Shown piece by piece: positions 34,194-44,258 of a stretch of DNA of 64,000 nt (position 1 is the stretch's first letter; every line of letters starts with the position of its first letter). Position numbers and translations under genes: made by a program. The stretch is from IMG/VR virus record IMGVR_UViG_3300025073_000006. The stretch is one strand, 5' to 3'. Under the pieces are notes generated by a model that searched no databases, was not told the DNA's origin, and worked only from the letters and a program-made list of their open reading frames with translations. This DNA comes from a virus.

Positions 34194-34855
34194 GCACGGG
34201 CGCGGACCCAGGCGAACTTCCATAACCTGGCGGTTCCGCCGTTGTGGATCATGTAGCAAGCCACGCCGAAGGAATGACGCCCACGGGTGATGCCGGTCCA
34301 GCGTCCCTCCAAGAAGTGCCATTGGCGGTATGCGTCGTTTGTGGCCACCGTGGTGCCGGTGTTGTAGATGCGGCGCGCCCCGCCGGTCCACGCCGTAGCG
34401 GAGAAACTCTCATTGGGATCACGGAAAAGGGCGAACCTGGCTGCCTCGTTTGCGCCCGCCGCGGCAGTTCCCTCTTGCTCGTAGGCGTGAAAGCACGCCC
34501 GCACGATGACCTTGGCCGTGCTCTCAGTGGTCGACGGCTGCACGTCGACGGTGCGCCACAGGCCGGGAATGGGTGTCCAGGCGTTCTGGAGCACGTCGTC
34601 GGCGATGACAAACCCCTCGAGCCTGTCGTCCGTCACGGTGTTGTGGTTGATCTCGCATGTCTGCATCACGGCGCGTTGGGGTGTGGGGATGAAGTCGGGC
34701 CGGATGACGTTGGCGCTGCTCACGAACGGGGTGGCGTCGTAGTCGGCCGCCACGATGCCGCCATTGAGCCACGTCTCGACCTCGTCGACGCGGGACAGCA
34801 GGCCAGCAGCGGTGAGGGTGTCGCCACCTGCGTAGGCGGTGAGGGTGACGGGCAT
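34166..34855 (-). CDS. Virion/tail structural protein (229 aa)
   Basis: ATG 34855 shares one nt with the upstream TAA and is in frame with track ORF 34166..34942. Confidence 0.7.
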   Translation of the reverse strand: MPVTLTAYAGGDTLTAAGLLSRVDEVETWLNGGIVAADYDATPFVSSANVIRPDFIPTPQRAVMQTCEINHNTVTDDRLEGFVIADDVLQNAWTPIPGLWRTVDVQPSTTESTAKVIVRACFHAYEQEGTAAAGANEAARFALFRDPNESFSATAWTGGARRIYNTGTTVATNDAYRQWHFLEGRWTGITRGRHSFGVACYMIHNGGTARLWKFAWVRARAIIVRVVYR

Positions 34856-35448
34856 TAGCGGAGGATCCTCTCGACGTAAAACGTCACGTCCTGGATGTCG
34901 ATCTGCACGGCCCCAATCGACCACGCGTAGAGTGCATACCACCGCTTATCTGTCGTGCTACCAGTGGTGTCGCGGGTGCTCATTCCGCCGCTAAACCATT
35001 TGTCGTCAATGCCCGCGTAGGTGCGCTGCGTCTGGTCCAACTGCGCAAACACCCCAATGCCGACCGCTCCGTCGTCGGAGTACCACAGCGAGAACTCGTG
35101 GTCATCGGCGCACTTATGTTCAAACACGCAGCGGACGATCGTTTCGTAATCCGCGTCGTCGCCAATGAAGAAGAATCCGATCTCGATATTGACGCCGCCG
35201 ATTTGTACCGGGACCGGAAACGCTGACACCACGGTACCGGCTGCATCGTCGGCGTAGACGCGGGGCACCGTATCCATGCCGTCGTTCACGGCGTCGACAG
35301 CAATGTTCCGTCGGTCAATCCCCTCCTGGGCGATGTTGACGGCGCCGATGTCGCCGCTCTGCGTGTTCCACGCAGTCTGCGTGGTGTTGAGGGCGGCGAT
35401 CTCGCCGTCGTCGCGCTTCAGGATCTCGGTGACGGTGACGCGTGCCAT
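34855..35448 (-). CDS. Virion/tail structural protein (197 aa)
   Basis: ATG 35448 shares one nt with the upstream TGA and is in frame with track ORF 34855..35463. Confidence 0.7.
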   Translation of the reverse strand: MARVTVTEILKRDDGEIAALNTTQTAWNTQSGDIGAVNIAQEGIDRRNIAVDAVNDGMDTVPRVYADDAAGTVVSAFPVPVQIGGVNIEIGFFFIGDDADYETIVRCVFEHKCADDHEFSLWYSDDGAVGIGVFAQLDQTQRTYAGIDDKWFSGGMSTRDTTGSTTDKRWYALYAWSIGAVQIDIQDVTFYVERILR

Positions 35449-36014
35449 CAGTGCCCCCGCCACACGGCGATGAGTTCAACCAGGTCCAGAACGCAGTTGT
35501 CGCCCGTGGGGCTCGTCGAATCAGTCAACCATGTTCGCGCCTGAACGGTGATGGTTGCTGTTCCTGCCCCCACGGTGGCCTCCCCGAACAGGAACGTCGA
35601 CCACGGATCCAGCGCCCCGGCGAATTGCGGCGCGAGCGCCACCTCGGTACCCGCGCAGACGATCCGGAACGCCACGTTGTTGCTACTGCTGCCGGTGGTC
35701 CATGCCCACGTCCCGCCCCATTCAATCTCGATAACGCCATCCGACGGCACTTCGATCGACATGGTCTGGACGGTCTGCCAACCGATACGCTGCCCGTCGA
35801 TCGATGCCCCGCCCGGGTCGGCGGTGATATCGCCAGCGATGACGTTGAACGTGCCCGGCACGATGTCCTCGGTGTCGACGGACACCTCGGGCAGGTTGTC
35901 GCGGTCGACGTGGCCGTTGAACTCGGCGGCGAGGGCGGCGTGGTTGAGGTTCCAGTCGCGGGCGTCGGCGACATCGCCGGCCTCGACATGCCTCACGCGG
36001 TACCGGAACGCCAT
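35448..36014 (-). CDS. Virion/tail structural protein (188 aa)
   Basis: ATG 36014 shares one nt with the upstream TGA. The 5' part of track ORF 35448..36740 is a shadow. Confidence 0.7.
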   Translation of the reverse strand: MAFRYRVRHVEAGDVADARDWNLNHAALAAEFNGHVDRDNLPEVSVDTEDIVPGTFNVIAGDITADPGGASIDGQRIGWQTVQTMSIEVPSDGVIEIEWGGTWAWTTGSSSNNVAFRIVCAGTEVALAPQFAGALDPWSTFLFGEATVGAGTATITVQARTWLTDSTSPTGDNCVLDLVELIAVWRGH

Positions 36015-38188
36015 CAGACCGACCCCCCGCCGAAGTTGTCGGTGAGCGGCACGATCCGGCGCTCGCCCTTGACTTCCAACTCCCAGCCGAGGATCTGCAC
36101 CCGCCGCCCGGCCGGGGTGAAGGCGAGTTGAAGTTCGGACATCGGGCCGTCGTTCATCGTCGAGAAGTTCCACCACACCACGACCGGCCGGTGTTCCGCC
36201 CAGGTCCACGTCACCGCCACCACGCCCGTCGACCCCAGCACGGCCGAGTCGTAGCGCGGCATCATCGACACGGAGGAGTCGGACGGGTCCACGGCGCCGT
36301 CGTCGAGCGGGTACATCTGGTCGTGGAGCAGGTAGGCGTTGCCGGACTCCGAGCGGGCGGCGTCGAAGCTCACCTCCATGCCACGGTTCACGGTGTAGGT
36401 CGCCCGGATGTCGTTCTCGCCGTAGCCGACGCAGTAGATCCCGATGCGGTGCGCCTCCACCGCGCGCCAGAGCGAGGCGAAGTTGATGTGTACCGTCTCG
36501 TACAGCGGCTCGATGTCCCACACGCCGCCCTTGTCGGACCACCCCGGGGAGTAGACGTGCAGGCCGGGCGTGCTGGCGGTGTTGCTCGACCCGAAGATCA
36601 GGTAGCCACGGTGGTCGGCCGTCTCGATGATGGCGCCGATGGGGTAGTTCTCGCGGTAGGACCAGGCACCGATCTCGTAGTGGTAGACGAGGACGCGGGT
36701 GGGGTAGGTCTCGCTGAGCGTCGGGATGGCTACCCACCATTCCTTGTCAGCGTGGTAGACGGCGCTGCGGACGTTGGCGAGGGCCGAGGTGTTGACGCGC
36801 TCCCACTCGTCGGGGAGCTGCGTGCCGAGGTTCACCACGCGCGTCGTCGTGCCGGTGTTCTCGAGCGCACCTTCGAGCAGCTTGATGCCACCCGTGCCGA
36901 TGAAGGCCACGCCGAGCCCGGGGATCTCGCTGACGCAGCCAGGCCCGCCCGCACCGTCGTTCAGCGTGAGCGTCTGCGAGTAGAACCCGTTCACCGGGTC
37001 GCCTTTGATCAGGTAGATGCCCCGCTCCTTGAAGACGACCACCGCGTTCTTCGTGGGGTAGAGGCACGTCGGCGAACCGCCCACGCCGTCGGACAGCGGG
37101 AAGCGGTTGTCGGGTGGGAAGACCTCGGGCATCCCGGGCGCGCTGTAGTAGACGCCGCCGTAGGTCGCCGTCGCCACGAACATCGTGTTCTTGAAGGTGC
37201 AGAGGAGCGTGGCGTTCGTCGGCCACGGCCCAAAGTCGAGCTCGTCGACCGCCGCCCCGAGCTGCGCATCCGGCTTCACGTCCATGAAGATCCGGGTCAC
37301 GTTGTCGAGGATGGTGGTCAGGTAGTAGAAGTTCTCGCCGCCGCTCAGGGCCAGCGGGTAGCCGTCGGCGTCGAGGATGTCCTGGGTGCGGTAGACGACC
37401 CTTCCCACCACGCTCTCGTCGCCCGTGGGCACGTCGACAGTCAAGAAGTGGCGACTTCCTGCCGCGTTGGTGAACGTCACCATGCCGCTGGCAACGCTCA
37501 ACGGCGACAACTGCCCGCGATCGTTGAGGAACGCCACCTTGTACCGGACCCCGCTGGCGGTGTCGTATTTGCCGAGCCCAATGGTGTCCGACTCGGTCTG
37601 GTTGGTGATCGAGCCTGTTGACACGTTTTTGTTGGCGGCGTAGCCGCTCGGCGGCGGCGGCGGCGACAGGAACCCGGCCCGGTCCGCCTTGCGCCCGTCG
37701 AAGACGAGGGCGTCGGACGCCCCGGTCACCATGTAGCAGAGGTTCCCCCAGGTCTGGTACTGCGGGCCCCACCACACGCCGTCAACGCTGGCGATGGACC
37801 GTGCTGTGCCGTTGAACAGGTCGCCGTCGATGTAGTAGATGTCGCTATGGTTGCCGTCCGGGGCCAGGCTGCCGTTGAAGTAGCTCCACCGCCCGGACTC
37901 CGTGGTGTAGAGCAGCCACTGCACCACGCCCGAGTGCTGGGCGAACCAGTGCAACGACGTGATCCGCGACTCGCTGTCGTAGCTGTTGACGCTGACGGTC
38001 GCCTCGCCCTGGACCTCGTCGTAGTTGTTGGTCAGGTTGCGAAACCCGCCCGCGTCCTGCCAGCCGTCCTTCGGGTTCCAACGCATGTCGCGGATGCGCG
38101 CGGCGAACTCGCGGGACGGCGACCACCGCTGGTCCATGCCCCGGAGCGGGCGGGCCTCGATGATGCTGGTGTCCTTGGGGTCGAGCAC
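36014..38188 (-). CDS. Large tail structural protein (724 aa; tail-tubular-B/nozzle-like by size and position)
   Basis: Track ORF (GTG start after AGGAAG). Beta-rich and W/Y/N-rich. Downstream of the capsid and 436-aa genes, as in podovirus tail modules. No motif-level confirmation. Confidence 0.75.
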   Translation of the reverse strand: MLDPKDTSIIEARPLRGMDQRWSPSREFAARIRDMRWNPKDGWQDAGGFRNLTNNYDEVQGEATVSVNSYDSESRITSLHWFAQHSGVVQWLLYTTESGRWSYFNGSLAPDGNHSDIYYIDGDLFNGTARSIASVDGVWWGPQYQTWGNLCYMVTGASDALVFDGRKADRAGFLSPPPPPSGYAANKNVSTGSITNQTESDTIGLGKYDTASGVRYKVAFLNDRGQLSPLSVASGMVTFTNAAGSRHFLTVDVPTGDESVVGRVVYRTQDILDADGYPLALSGGENFYYLTTILDNVTRIFMDVKPDAQLGAAVDELDFGPWPTNATLLCTFKNTMFVATATYGGVYYSAPGMPEVFPPDNRFPLSDGVGGSPTCLYPTKNAVVVFKERGIYLIKGDPVNGFYSQTLTLNDGAGGPGCVSEIPGLGVAFIGTGGIKLLEGALENTGTTTRVVNLGTQLPDEWERVNTSALANVRSAVYHADKEWWVAIPTLSETYPTRVLVYHYEIGAWSYRENYPIGAIIETADHRGYLIFGSSNTASTPGLHVYSPGWSDKGGVWDIEPLYETVHINFASLWRAVEAHRIGIYCVGYGENDIRATYTVNRGMEVSFDAARSESGNAYLLHDQMYPLDDGAVDPSDSSVSMMPRYDSAVLGSTGVVAVTWTWAEHRPVVVWWNFSTMNDGPMSELQLAFTPAGRRVQILGWELEVKGERRIVPLTDNFGGGSV

Positions 38189-38197
38189 GGGCGCTTC

Positions 38198-39508
38198 CTA
38201 CGAGATGGACGGGGTGCCGAGGTTGCGGTCGCGGGGGCTCACCCACCGGGATTCGAGCTGGTCCTCCTTCCACGAGCTCATGCGGTACCGCTCGTCGATC
38301 TTGGTCATCGAGGCCTTGAGGTTGTCGAGCGCCTCCATCGCCCTGGCGTAGTAGGCGCGGCGGTCGTCGCCCTTGAGGATGTCGGCCAGGACCGAGTTGA
38401 CGAGGTAGTCCGACACGGCAGAGGGGCCGAGCGGGGCGTCGGCCTTGCTCTGGAACGGGCGAGGCCTGAACCAGAGACGCAGGCTGATGGTGCGGTCCTC
38501 GTCGGCGGTGTAGTAGAGGCGGACGGTCTGCCTGGTGCCCTCAGGGTTGTCGTAGACCACGTCGTCGTAGGTGGCGGCGTAGGTCGGCAGCATCGTCGTG
38601 TCCGAGATGCCTGCGGCGGCCTGGGTGCCGGTGATGGTGCGGATCGCCATCCAGCGGCCGCGCTTGGTGATGTCGCGCCGGTAGACCCGGATGCGCAGGC
38701 CCGTCTCGACGAGGCCGGTGCCGGGGTTGTGGCGGATCTCCTCGAAGCCGGAGAGGTCGACCTGGTCCTGGCTCCCGGTGAGGGTGATCTGCGCCTCGGG
38801 GCTCGGCGCGGATTCGAGCCCGGCGCCCATGATGGTGTAGCGGTACTCGTAGGTACGCAGGGATAGCGCGCCCGACGTGTTCGCCGCCAAGGTCGGCGCC
38901 TCGAAGGGCGGCCGGCGCTGCTTGCTATCGTCCTCGATGGCCCACTGCGGCCGGCCGGTGGTGCTGCGCTTGAGCGTCTCCATCTCCTCGGTGAGCCGCC
39001 CGACGGAGGGGATCTTGCCCCAGCCGTCCGTCTCGCGGTCGTCCCGGTAGCCGAGCACCTGGATGGTGTCGCTGGGCAGCAGGTACTTCCAGAACTTGAT
39101 GGTCCACGCAGTCCGCTCGGTGCCAGCCAGGGCCACGCTGACCGGGGCGTCCAAATAGATGTAGCCGTTCGCCGTGTCGACCTGGACGATCTCGTACTCG
39201 GTGCCGTCCTCGTGGATCCAGGTGCCCTGCCCGGCCCAACTCGCGTTGAGCCAGGTCGGGTCCGTCGTCTCGAGGCGGCGGAGGTTGAGCGTGGTGCTGC
39301 CGAGCGAAATCGTCGCGGCTGGGTTGATCTGGGCGTAGAGGGGCAGCGTCGTCGTTCGGATGAAGAACTCGTAGGGCGGCGCGCTCTCGGCGAGGCTGTT
39401 GTACTTGTTCTGGAGTCGGCGCACGAACGAGTCGGTGTAGGTCTTGAGATCAGGGTTGAACATGATCTCGTCGTGCAGTTCCTGGACCATGCGGCCGAGC
39501 GTGCGCAT
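38198..39508 (-). CDS. Head-tail adaptor / tail structural protein (436 aa)
   Basis: ATG 39508 follows GGAG (the track ORF starts one codon earlier at TTG 39511). Function by position only. Confidence 0.7.
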   Translation of the reverse strand: MRTLGRMVQELHDEIMFNPDLKTYTDSFVRRLQNKYNSLAESAPPYEFFIRTTTLPLYAQINPAATISLGSTTLNLRRLETTDPTWLNASWAGQGTWIHEDGTEYEIVQVDTANGYIYLDAPVSVALAGTERTAWTIKFWKYLLPSDTIQVLGYRDDRETDGWGKIPSVGRLTEEMETLKRSTTGRPQWAIEDDSKQRRPPFEAPTLAANTSGALSLRTYEYRYTIMGAGLESAPSPEAQITLTGSQDQVDLSGFEEIRHNPGTGLVETGLRIRVYRRDITKRGRWMAIRTITGTQAAAGISDTTMLPTYAATYDDVVYDNPEGTRQTVRLYYTADEDRTISLRLWFRPRPFQSKADAPLGPSAVSDYLVNSVLADILKGDDRRAYYARAMEALDNLKASMTKIDERYRMSSWKEDQLESRWVSPRDRNLGTPSIS

Positions 39509-39598
39509 CAAGACACTCCAGACGAAGGCGCCCGGCGCCCCGCGGAGGACGAGGTCGCCGGGCGCGGCGAGGACCAGCCCGAGGGGGCCGGCACAGGA

Positions 39599-40099
39599 TC
39601 AGTTCCCGTCGATCGCGAACTCGATGACGTCGTACTCCACCTCGAAGTAGATGGGGGAGTCGCCGGTGGTGAGGTCGGCATTGCTCACGGTGAGCACGAG
39701 CGCGGCGTTCTCGACGGGGACGATGGCCTCGGGCGTGGCGACGGCGGCCGATGCGGGCTTGACGATGACGTGCTCGTCGTTCGTCTGGTCCACGAACCCG
39801 GTCATCTCGATGCTCGCCACTTCCTGCCCGGAGGCGTTCGTGTAGCGGATCTCCATGTCGTCGGTGCTGGCGGTGCCGATGACGTAGACGGCCGAGTTGT
39901 AGTCGAGGAAGAGGTGGGCCTCCTTGAAGACGAGCGCCTTGCCCGAACCGGGCGCGGCAACCAGCGTCTTCGGCGTGTCCTTGAGGTCAAGGACCTGCGC
40001 CGAGGTGATGGTGCCCTTGGCGAGTTGCGTGCCACCGAAGCCGGGGAACACGCTGGTACCGAGGACGCCGTCGGACTTGTACGGAACGGTTGAGGACAT
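39599..40099 (-). CDS. Virion protein (166 aa; head decoration or accessory?)
   Basis: Track ORF directly downstream of the capsid gene, beta-rich. Confidence 0.65.
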   Translation of the reverse strand: MSSTVPYKSDGVLGTSVFPGFGGTQLAKGTITSAQVLDLKDTPKTLVAAPGSGKALVFKEAHLFLDYNSAVYVIGTASTDDMEIRYTNASGQEVASIEMTGFVDQTNDEHVIVKPASAAVATPEAIVPVENAALVLTVSNADLTTGDSPIYFEVEYDVIEFAIDGN

Positions 40100-40171
40100 T
40101 GGGGTCGACTCCGAGATGAAGGGGATGGAGAGGGTTCGCGCCGACCGTCACGCGACGGTCGGCGCTGGAGA

Positions 40172-41248
40172 TCAGAAGGACTCGCCGTCGTAGAACAGGG
40201 CGGTCGAGTCGAACCGCTCGCCCATCCACTGCCCGGCGCAGTCGACGTAGCCGACGTCCACGCGACGGTCGCCCGAGTGCTGGTTGCCCTGCATCGGGAC
40301 CACGCCGAACATGCCGTCGATCTCGTCGTTCTTGAGGAAGATCGGGTAGATGCTGCCCAAGTCGAGCGAGAGCACCGACCACGGGGCCGCCGTCGTGACG
40401 GTCCCGGCCGTCGGCATGTCCGAGGTCGGGTAGCAGTCCTGCCCGTCGATCTTGAAGTCGGGACCGATGATGTCGGCCGACTGCGTGCCGGTGTACTGGC
40501 GGTAGGGGTGCATGACGCGGGCGAAGTGCGTCGCGCCGGACTGCGAGGCCAGGTAGATGACCTTCGACTTGTCGATCAGCCTCTCGCGCTGGAGGTTGCG
40601 GACGGTGATGAAGCCGAGCCGCCCGTTGGAGCCCACGGCCCCGCCCAGGTCGTAGCTGTGGTTGTTCATCCCGCTGGCGGTGGCGTAGGTCGACTTCGAC
40701 AGCCCGCCGACCGTGTTGCCCTGCGACCCGTGCGCGTCCTCTTCGATGTAGCCGGCGGATCCGACGGTCGCGTAGTCCGAACCGTTCAGGGTGGCCCATC
40801 CGCCCGTCGTGAACGCGGCGACGCCACCCGTGAGGGAGTGCGTGTGCCAGTAGCGCATCACGGCCGCGGTGACGTTCTTCGCCCTGCGCGCGATGGCCGC
40901 CTTGGCCTCGTTGCTGCCGTTGAACACGGCGCGCTCGACGATGCTGGCGAGGAACGGCGCGGTGACGAAGCCCGGCGAGAAAATCATCGACTGGAGGATG
41001 CCGACGACCGTGAGGTCGATCGACTCGTAGCCGGTCGGGATGCCGGTGAGGCTGGAGTGCTCGCTCACCTCGACGTCGGCCTTCCACTTCTGGCCGCCGT
41101 TCTTGGTGAATCCGCCCTTGCCGTAGATGCGGTGGTAGGCGTCGAGCAGCGGGAGCTGCCGACGGAGCATGTCCTGCGTCTCGGCGACCGTGATCATCAC
41201 GAGCGCGGCGAGCTCGTCGGTTTCGAAGGTGACGGAACGGGATCCCAT
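40172..41248 (-). CDS. Major capsid protein (358 aa)
   Basis: Directly follows the scaffold-like gene. Size and composition are typical of HK97-fold capsid proteins. Assignment is positional, not motif-based. Confidence 0.7.
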   Translation of the reverse strand: MGSRSVTFETDELAALVMITVAETQDMLRRQLPLLDAYHRIYGKGGFTKNGGQKWKADVEVSEHSSLTGIPTGYESIDLTVVGILQSMIFSPGFVTAPFLASIVERAVFNGSNEAKAAIARRAKNVTAAVMRYWHTHSLTGGVAAFTTGGWATLNGSDYATVGSAGYIEEDAHGSQGNTVGGLSKSTYATASGMNNHSYDLGGAVGSNGRLGFITVRNLQRERLIDKSKVIYLASQSGATHFARVMHPYRQYTGTQSADIIGPDFKIDGQDCYPTSDMPTAGTVTTAAPWSVLSLDLGSIYPIFLKNDEIDGMFGVVPMQGNQHSGDRRVDVGYVDCAGQWMGERFDSTALFYDGESF

Positions 41249-41277
41249 GGTTCACTCTCTGAAGGGGAGGGGGTTGC

Positions 41278-42216
41278 TCACCCGCGCAGACTGTTTGCGT
41301 AGGCGATGGCTTGTTTCGGGTTGCGCGCCACCCAGTCGGTCATGGCGTCTGGGTTGGAGCGGATGTGTGCGGGCGGGCCTTCGATGGTCGAGCCGCCCCC
41401 GCCACCGCTGGCACGGGCGACCTGGCGCTGGGAACGCGCGGCGGCGTCGGCGCGGCGCGCCTTGCGCTGCGTCTCGGCCGCCATCATGCGGCGCAGTTTG
41501 GCCTCGCGGACGGCCTCGTCGAGGCGCCCCGCGGGGTCTTCGCCCGCCTTCTCCCAGCCGACGATGACGGCGTTCACGTCGTCCTTGAAGGTGGGATCCG
41601 CGAAGTCGTCGGCGTACTTCTCGACGACGGCCTGGCGGCGGGCCTCGCGCTGGGCCTTGAGGGCGTGCTCCTGGATGGGCTCAGCGAACTCGCCCAGGGC
41701 CTCGGCCATCTCCTTCTTGGCGATGCTGCGCATACCCTCGGGCGTGGTCGGGTCGAGCTTGTCGACGTCGACCTTCTTGCCCTCCGCGATCAGCTTGCGG
41801 ATCTTCGGGTTGCCGAACATCTCGGCGAACGCGGCACGGGACCGCCCGAGCTCGCGCTGCTGCTCCTTGACGCTGAGCTCGACCGCCTCGGCCTGGCGAA
41901 GGGTCGCCTGGGCCACCTCGTCGGCGTGGGCCGCGCGCTTGTCCGCCACGCGCTTGAGGGCGCGGATGATGTGCCGCGCCTCGGGGGGCATGTCGGCGAT
42001 GGTGCGCTCGTTGAGGCTGGTGAGGTCGACGATGTCGTCGTCGCCGGGCTCGCCGAGCATCTCCAGCACCTTGGCGAGTGCGTCGGCTTCGGCCTCGGCG
42101 GCGGCTGCGGGGTCCGGTTCGTCGGCGGCGGCTTCTTCCGGGGTTTCCAGCTCGCCGCCTGCGTCCAGGTTCTCGTTGTCCAGTTCTTCGACTTCTTCGA
42201 TGGGTGTCGTCGGCAT
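41278..42216 (-). CDS. Scaffolding protein (312 aa)
   Basis: ATG 42216 inside track ORF 41278..42564. Acidic N-terminus, then long charged helical sequence (AEAVELSVKEQQRELGRSRAAFAE..). Located between the portal and capsid genes. Confidence 0.65.
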   Translation of the reverse strand: MPTTPIEEVEELDNENLDAGGELETPEEAAADEPDPAAAAEAEADALAKVLEMLGEPGDDDIVDLTSLNERTIADMPPEARHIIRALKRVADKRAAHADEVAQATLRQAEAVELSVKEQQRELGRSRAAFAEMFGNPKIRKLIAEGKKVDVDKLDPTTPEGMRSIAKKEMAEALGEFAEPIQEHALKAQREARRQAVVEKYADDFADPTFKDDVNAVIVGWEKAGEDPAGRLDEAVREAKLRRMMAAETQRKARRADAAARSQRQVARASGGGGGSTIEGPPAHIRSNPDAMTDWVARNPKQAIAYANSLRG

Positions 42217-42233
42217 CTCGTGGTCCTCGCGTG

Positions 42234-42848
42234 TCACATCGCCGCCCGGGACATCGCGTCCTCGCCGCCGGCTTCTTCCGGGGCGGGGGCAGGGCGAGCC
42301 GGGGAACCCTCCGGTCCGGCTCCACCACCGATGTCGGCCGAGACGGCCTCGATGAACTTCTTGTCGTTGGCCATGACCCGGAGCTTGGCGGCGACCGCCT
42401 GGTAGTCGTCCGGGGTCTTCATGGTGGTCGGGTCGAACCCGTGCTTCGGCGCGTACTTGCCTCCCTCGACCTGCATCGCCATGATGAACAGGGTCGCCAG
42501 GGGCAGCCAGATTGCCGGCGGCAGCGCGGCCGACCACGTCTTCTCGCCCTTGGTGGGCTCCCACACGATCGGGCGGATGGCGTCATAGCCAGCGGGCAGG
42601 CTGTCGCTGATCTTGCCGAGCACCCCGTTGACCTCCTCCAGCACGCGCTCCACGTCGCGGATGGGGACGGCCTGGGTGGGCACGGGGCTTTGGTCCATCA
42701 GCGAACCCTGGACGGCCTCCAGGCGCTGCTGCTCGCTGGCCGCGACATCCGCCGGTCCAGGCGGCGGCGCGGTCCCTGCTGGCGCGGGCGGCGCTCCGGG
42801 CGCGGGCGGAACGGGAACGGTTGCGGGGGGTGGTGCGAGCTGGGCCAT
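42234..42848 (-). CDS. Head-module protein (204 aa), Pro-rich N-terminus
   Basis: Track ORF with AGGAGG upstream. The C-terminus ends with DAMSRAAM. Confidence 0.6.
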   Translation of the reverse strand: MAQLAPPPATVPVPPAPGAPPAPAGTAPPPGPADVAASEQQRLEAVQGSLMDQSPVPTQAVPIRDVERVLEEVNGVLGKISDSLPAGYDAIRPIVWEPTKGEKTWSAALPPAIWLPLATLFIMAMQVEGGKYAPKHGFDPTTMKTPDDYQAVAAKLRVMANDKKFIEAVSADIGGGAGPEGSPARPAPAPEEAGGEDAMSRAAM

Positions 42849-42905
42849 AGGGCCTCCTACTCGCGTTGTAGCACCCTCAAGCGAAACCGACGTGATACCG
42901 AAAGG

Positions 42906-43604
42906 TTACACCCCAACCAGGGGCTTGGCGGCGACGTTGACCTGCCGACCCGCCATCTCTCCCGTGAACGCACGATCGCCCGCCTTGGCGATGGCCTCGT
43001 GGTATGTGCGGCGGACCTCGGGCTCGGGATGATTGGCGTAGAAGTCCATGTCTTCGCGGTATGCTGCGTAGTCCGCGGCCTCGGCTTCGCGCCGCTTCGC
43101 CATCCTGGCGTCGACGATCTCGTCGAGCTTGCCGCCCGCCTCCTCGACGTGGTTCGCCCGCATCCAGGCTTGACGTTCGGCGCGGTTCGTGAACGTGCGG
43201 CCCGCGCCCTCGTCGTAGGTGCCGTAGGGGTACTTGTCGTTGTCCATGAGCGTGGTGAACAGCGGGCGCATGGTCGCGCCGCAGTCGGGGCAGGGGTTGC
43301 CGGTGTTCGAGCCACCCGCCCGGAAGTCGATGTCGAGATGGTGTTCCTTGCCGCAGGCGTCGCAGTAGAACGGCCGGGCGACGAGCCCACGCCACCGCTT
43401 GCCGTTGCGGACGCGGATCACGGTGCCGCCCGGCGCCTCACGCAGCTCGTCGGCGTCGTCGGCGTCGCCGTCGGCCCGTGCCAGAAGGTCGTACCGCGCG
43501 GGCTCGCCGCAGGTGGGGCAGTCGCGCTCGGTGTCGCGCTCGGCGATGGACGACGAGAAGCGGAACTGGTGGTTGTTGGCGCACTGCGCCACGTAGATCG
43601 GCAT
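42906..43604 (-). CDS. Double zinc-ribbon protein (232 aa)
   Basis: ATG 43604 (the track ORF begins at TTG 43610). C..NH....CPTCG and CDACG....CPDCG motifs resemble FmdB-type zinc ribbons. Confidence 0.6.
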   Translation of the reverse strand: MPIYVAQCANNHQFRFSSSIAERDTERDCPTCGEPARYDLLARADGDADDADELREAPGGTVIRVRNGKRWRGLVARPFYCDACGKEHHLDIDFRAGGSNTGNPCPDCGATMRPLFTTLMDNDKYPYGTYDEGAGRTFTNRAERQAWMRANHVEEAGGKLDEIVDARMAKRREAEAADYAAYREDMDFYANHPEPEVRRTYHEAIAKAGDRAFTGEMAGRQVNVAAKPLVGV

Positions 43605-43606
43605 GG

Positions 43607-43792
43607 TCAACCCTGGGTCTGTGGGCCGATGCGCCCGGCGCGGAACATGGAGAGGGCCTCGGTGACCGCCTGTTCGCGCGTCTTGCCCTCGGCCACGAGC
43701 TTGTCGATCTTCGCGCCCACCGCGTCCCGTTCCGCCTGGGTGCGCGGGGTTGCGTGAGGAGCCGCCGCCCTGTCGATGGGGGAACCGCTCAT
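43607..43792 (-). CDS. Small head-module protein (61 aa)
   Basis: ATG 43792 overlaps the upstream stop (ATGA) and is in frame with track ORF 43607..43957. Confidence 0.5.
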   Translation of the reverse strand: MSGSPIDRAAAPHATPRTQAERDAVGAKIDKLVAEGKTREQAVTEALSMFRAGRIGPQTQG

Positions 43793-44067
43793 TTGCGCGG
43801 CTTCGCCGTGGCGACGAAGCGGATGGCGCCGAGGGGGATAGATGCCGGGCGCTTGTAGGATGACGTCCGGATCTTGCCCCGGTAGGCGTAGTAGCCGTCG
43901 GGATCCTTGCCGAGGCTCACGCCGGACACGCCCGCCTTCTGCTTGCGGGCCTGCCACTGCGACTGCGCCGAGGGCGGAATGCCGCGCTGCTTGGACGGCG
44001 TGTGCGGCTTGGCGGCGGCGCGCTTGCCGCGCGTCCCCGTGGCCCGAAGCATGGGGTCGGAAGGCAT
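43789..44067 (-). CDS. Small basic protein (92 aa)
   Basis: ATG 44067 in frame with track ORF 43789..44424. Lys/Arg-rich. Starts MPSDPMLRATGTRGKR. Confidence 0.5.
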   Translation of the reverse strand: MPSDPMLRATGTRGKRAAAKPHTPSKQRGIPPSAQSQWQARKQKAGVSGVSLGKDPDGYYAYRGKIRTSSYKRPASIPLGAIRFVATAKPRK

Positions 44068-44069
44068 GG

Positions 44070-44258
44070 TCAGTTCCCCCGTCGGCGGTTCTGGAGCCGG
44101 CGCATCGCGGGCGACCGCTCCTCGTCGGTCTTTGCCATGCGCTTGGGGTGGCGCTTGGCGCGCTTCGGCATGGCCGCTCGGGACATCGGGTCGTCGTCGG
44201 TGCTGCCGGATGCGACGAGTTCGTCGGCGTCGAAGGTGATGGTACGGGTCGTCATCAC
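44070..44258 (-). CDS. Small basic protein (62 aa)
   Basis: Track ORF whose start overlaps the portal stop. Contains DPMSRAAMPKRAKRHPKR. Confidence 0.5.
   Translation of the reverse strand: MMTTRTITFDADELVASGSTDDDPMSRAAMPKRAKRHPKRMAKTDEERSPAMRRLQNRRRGN

Noticed and set aside
41306-43757. Plus-strand ORFs of 349-559 aa opposite the scaffold and head-module genes.
   Set aside because: Low-complexity Arg/Ser/Ala shadow products. The minus-strand genes have RBSs and coupled starts.
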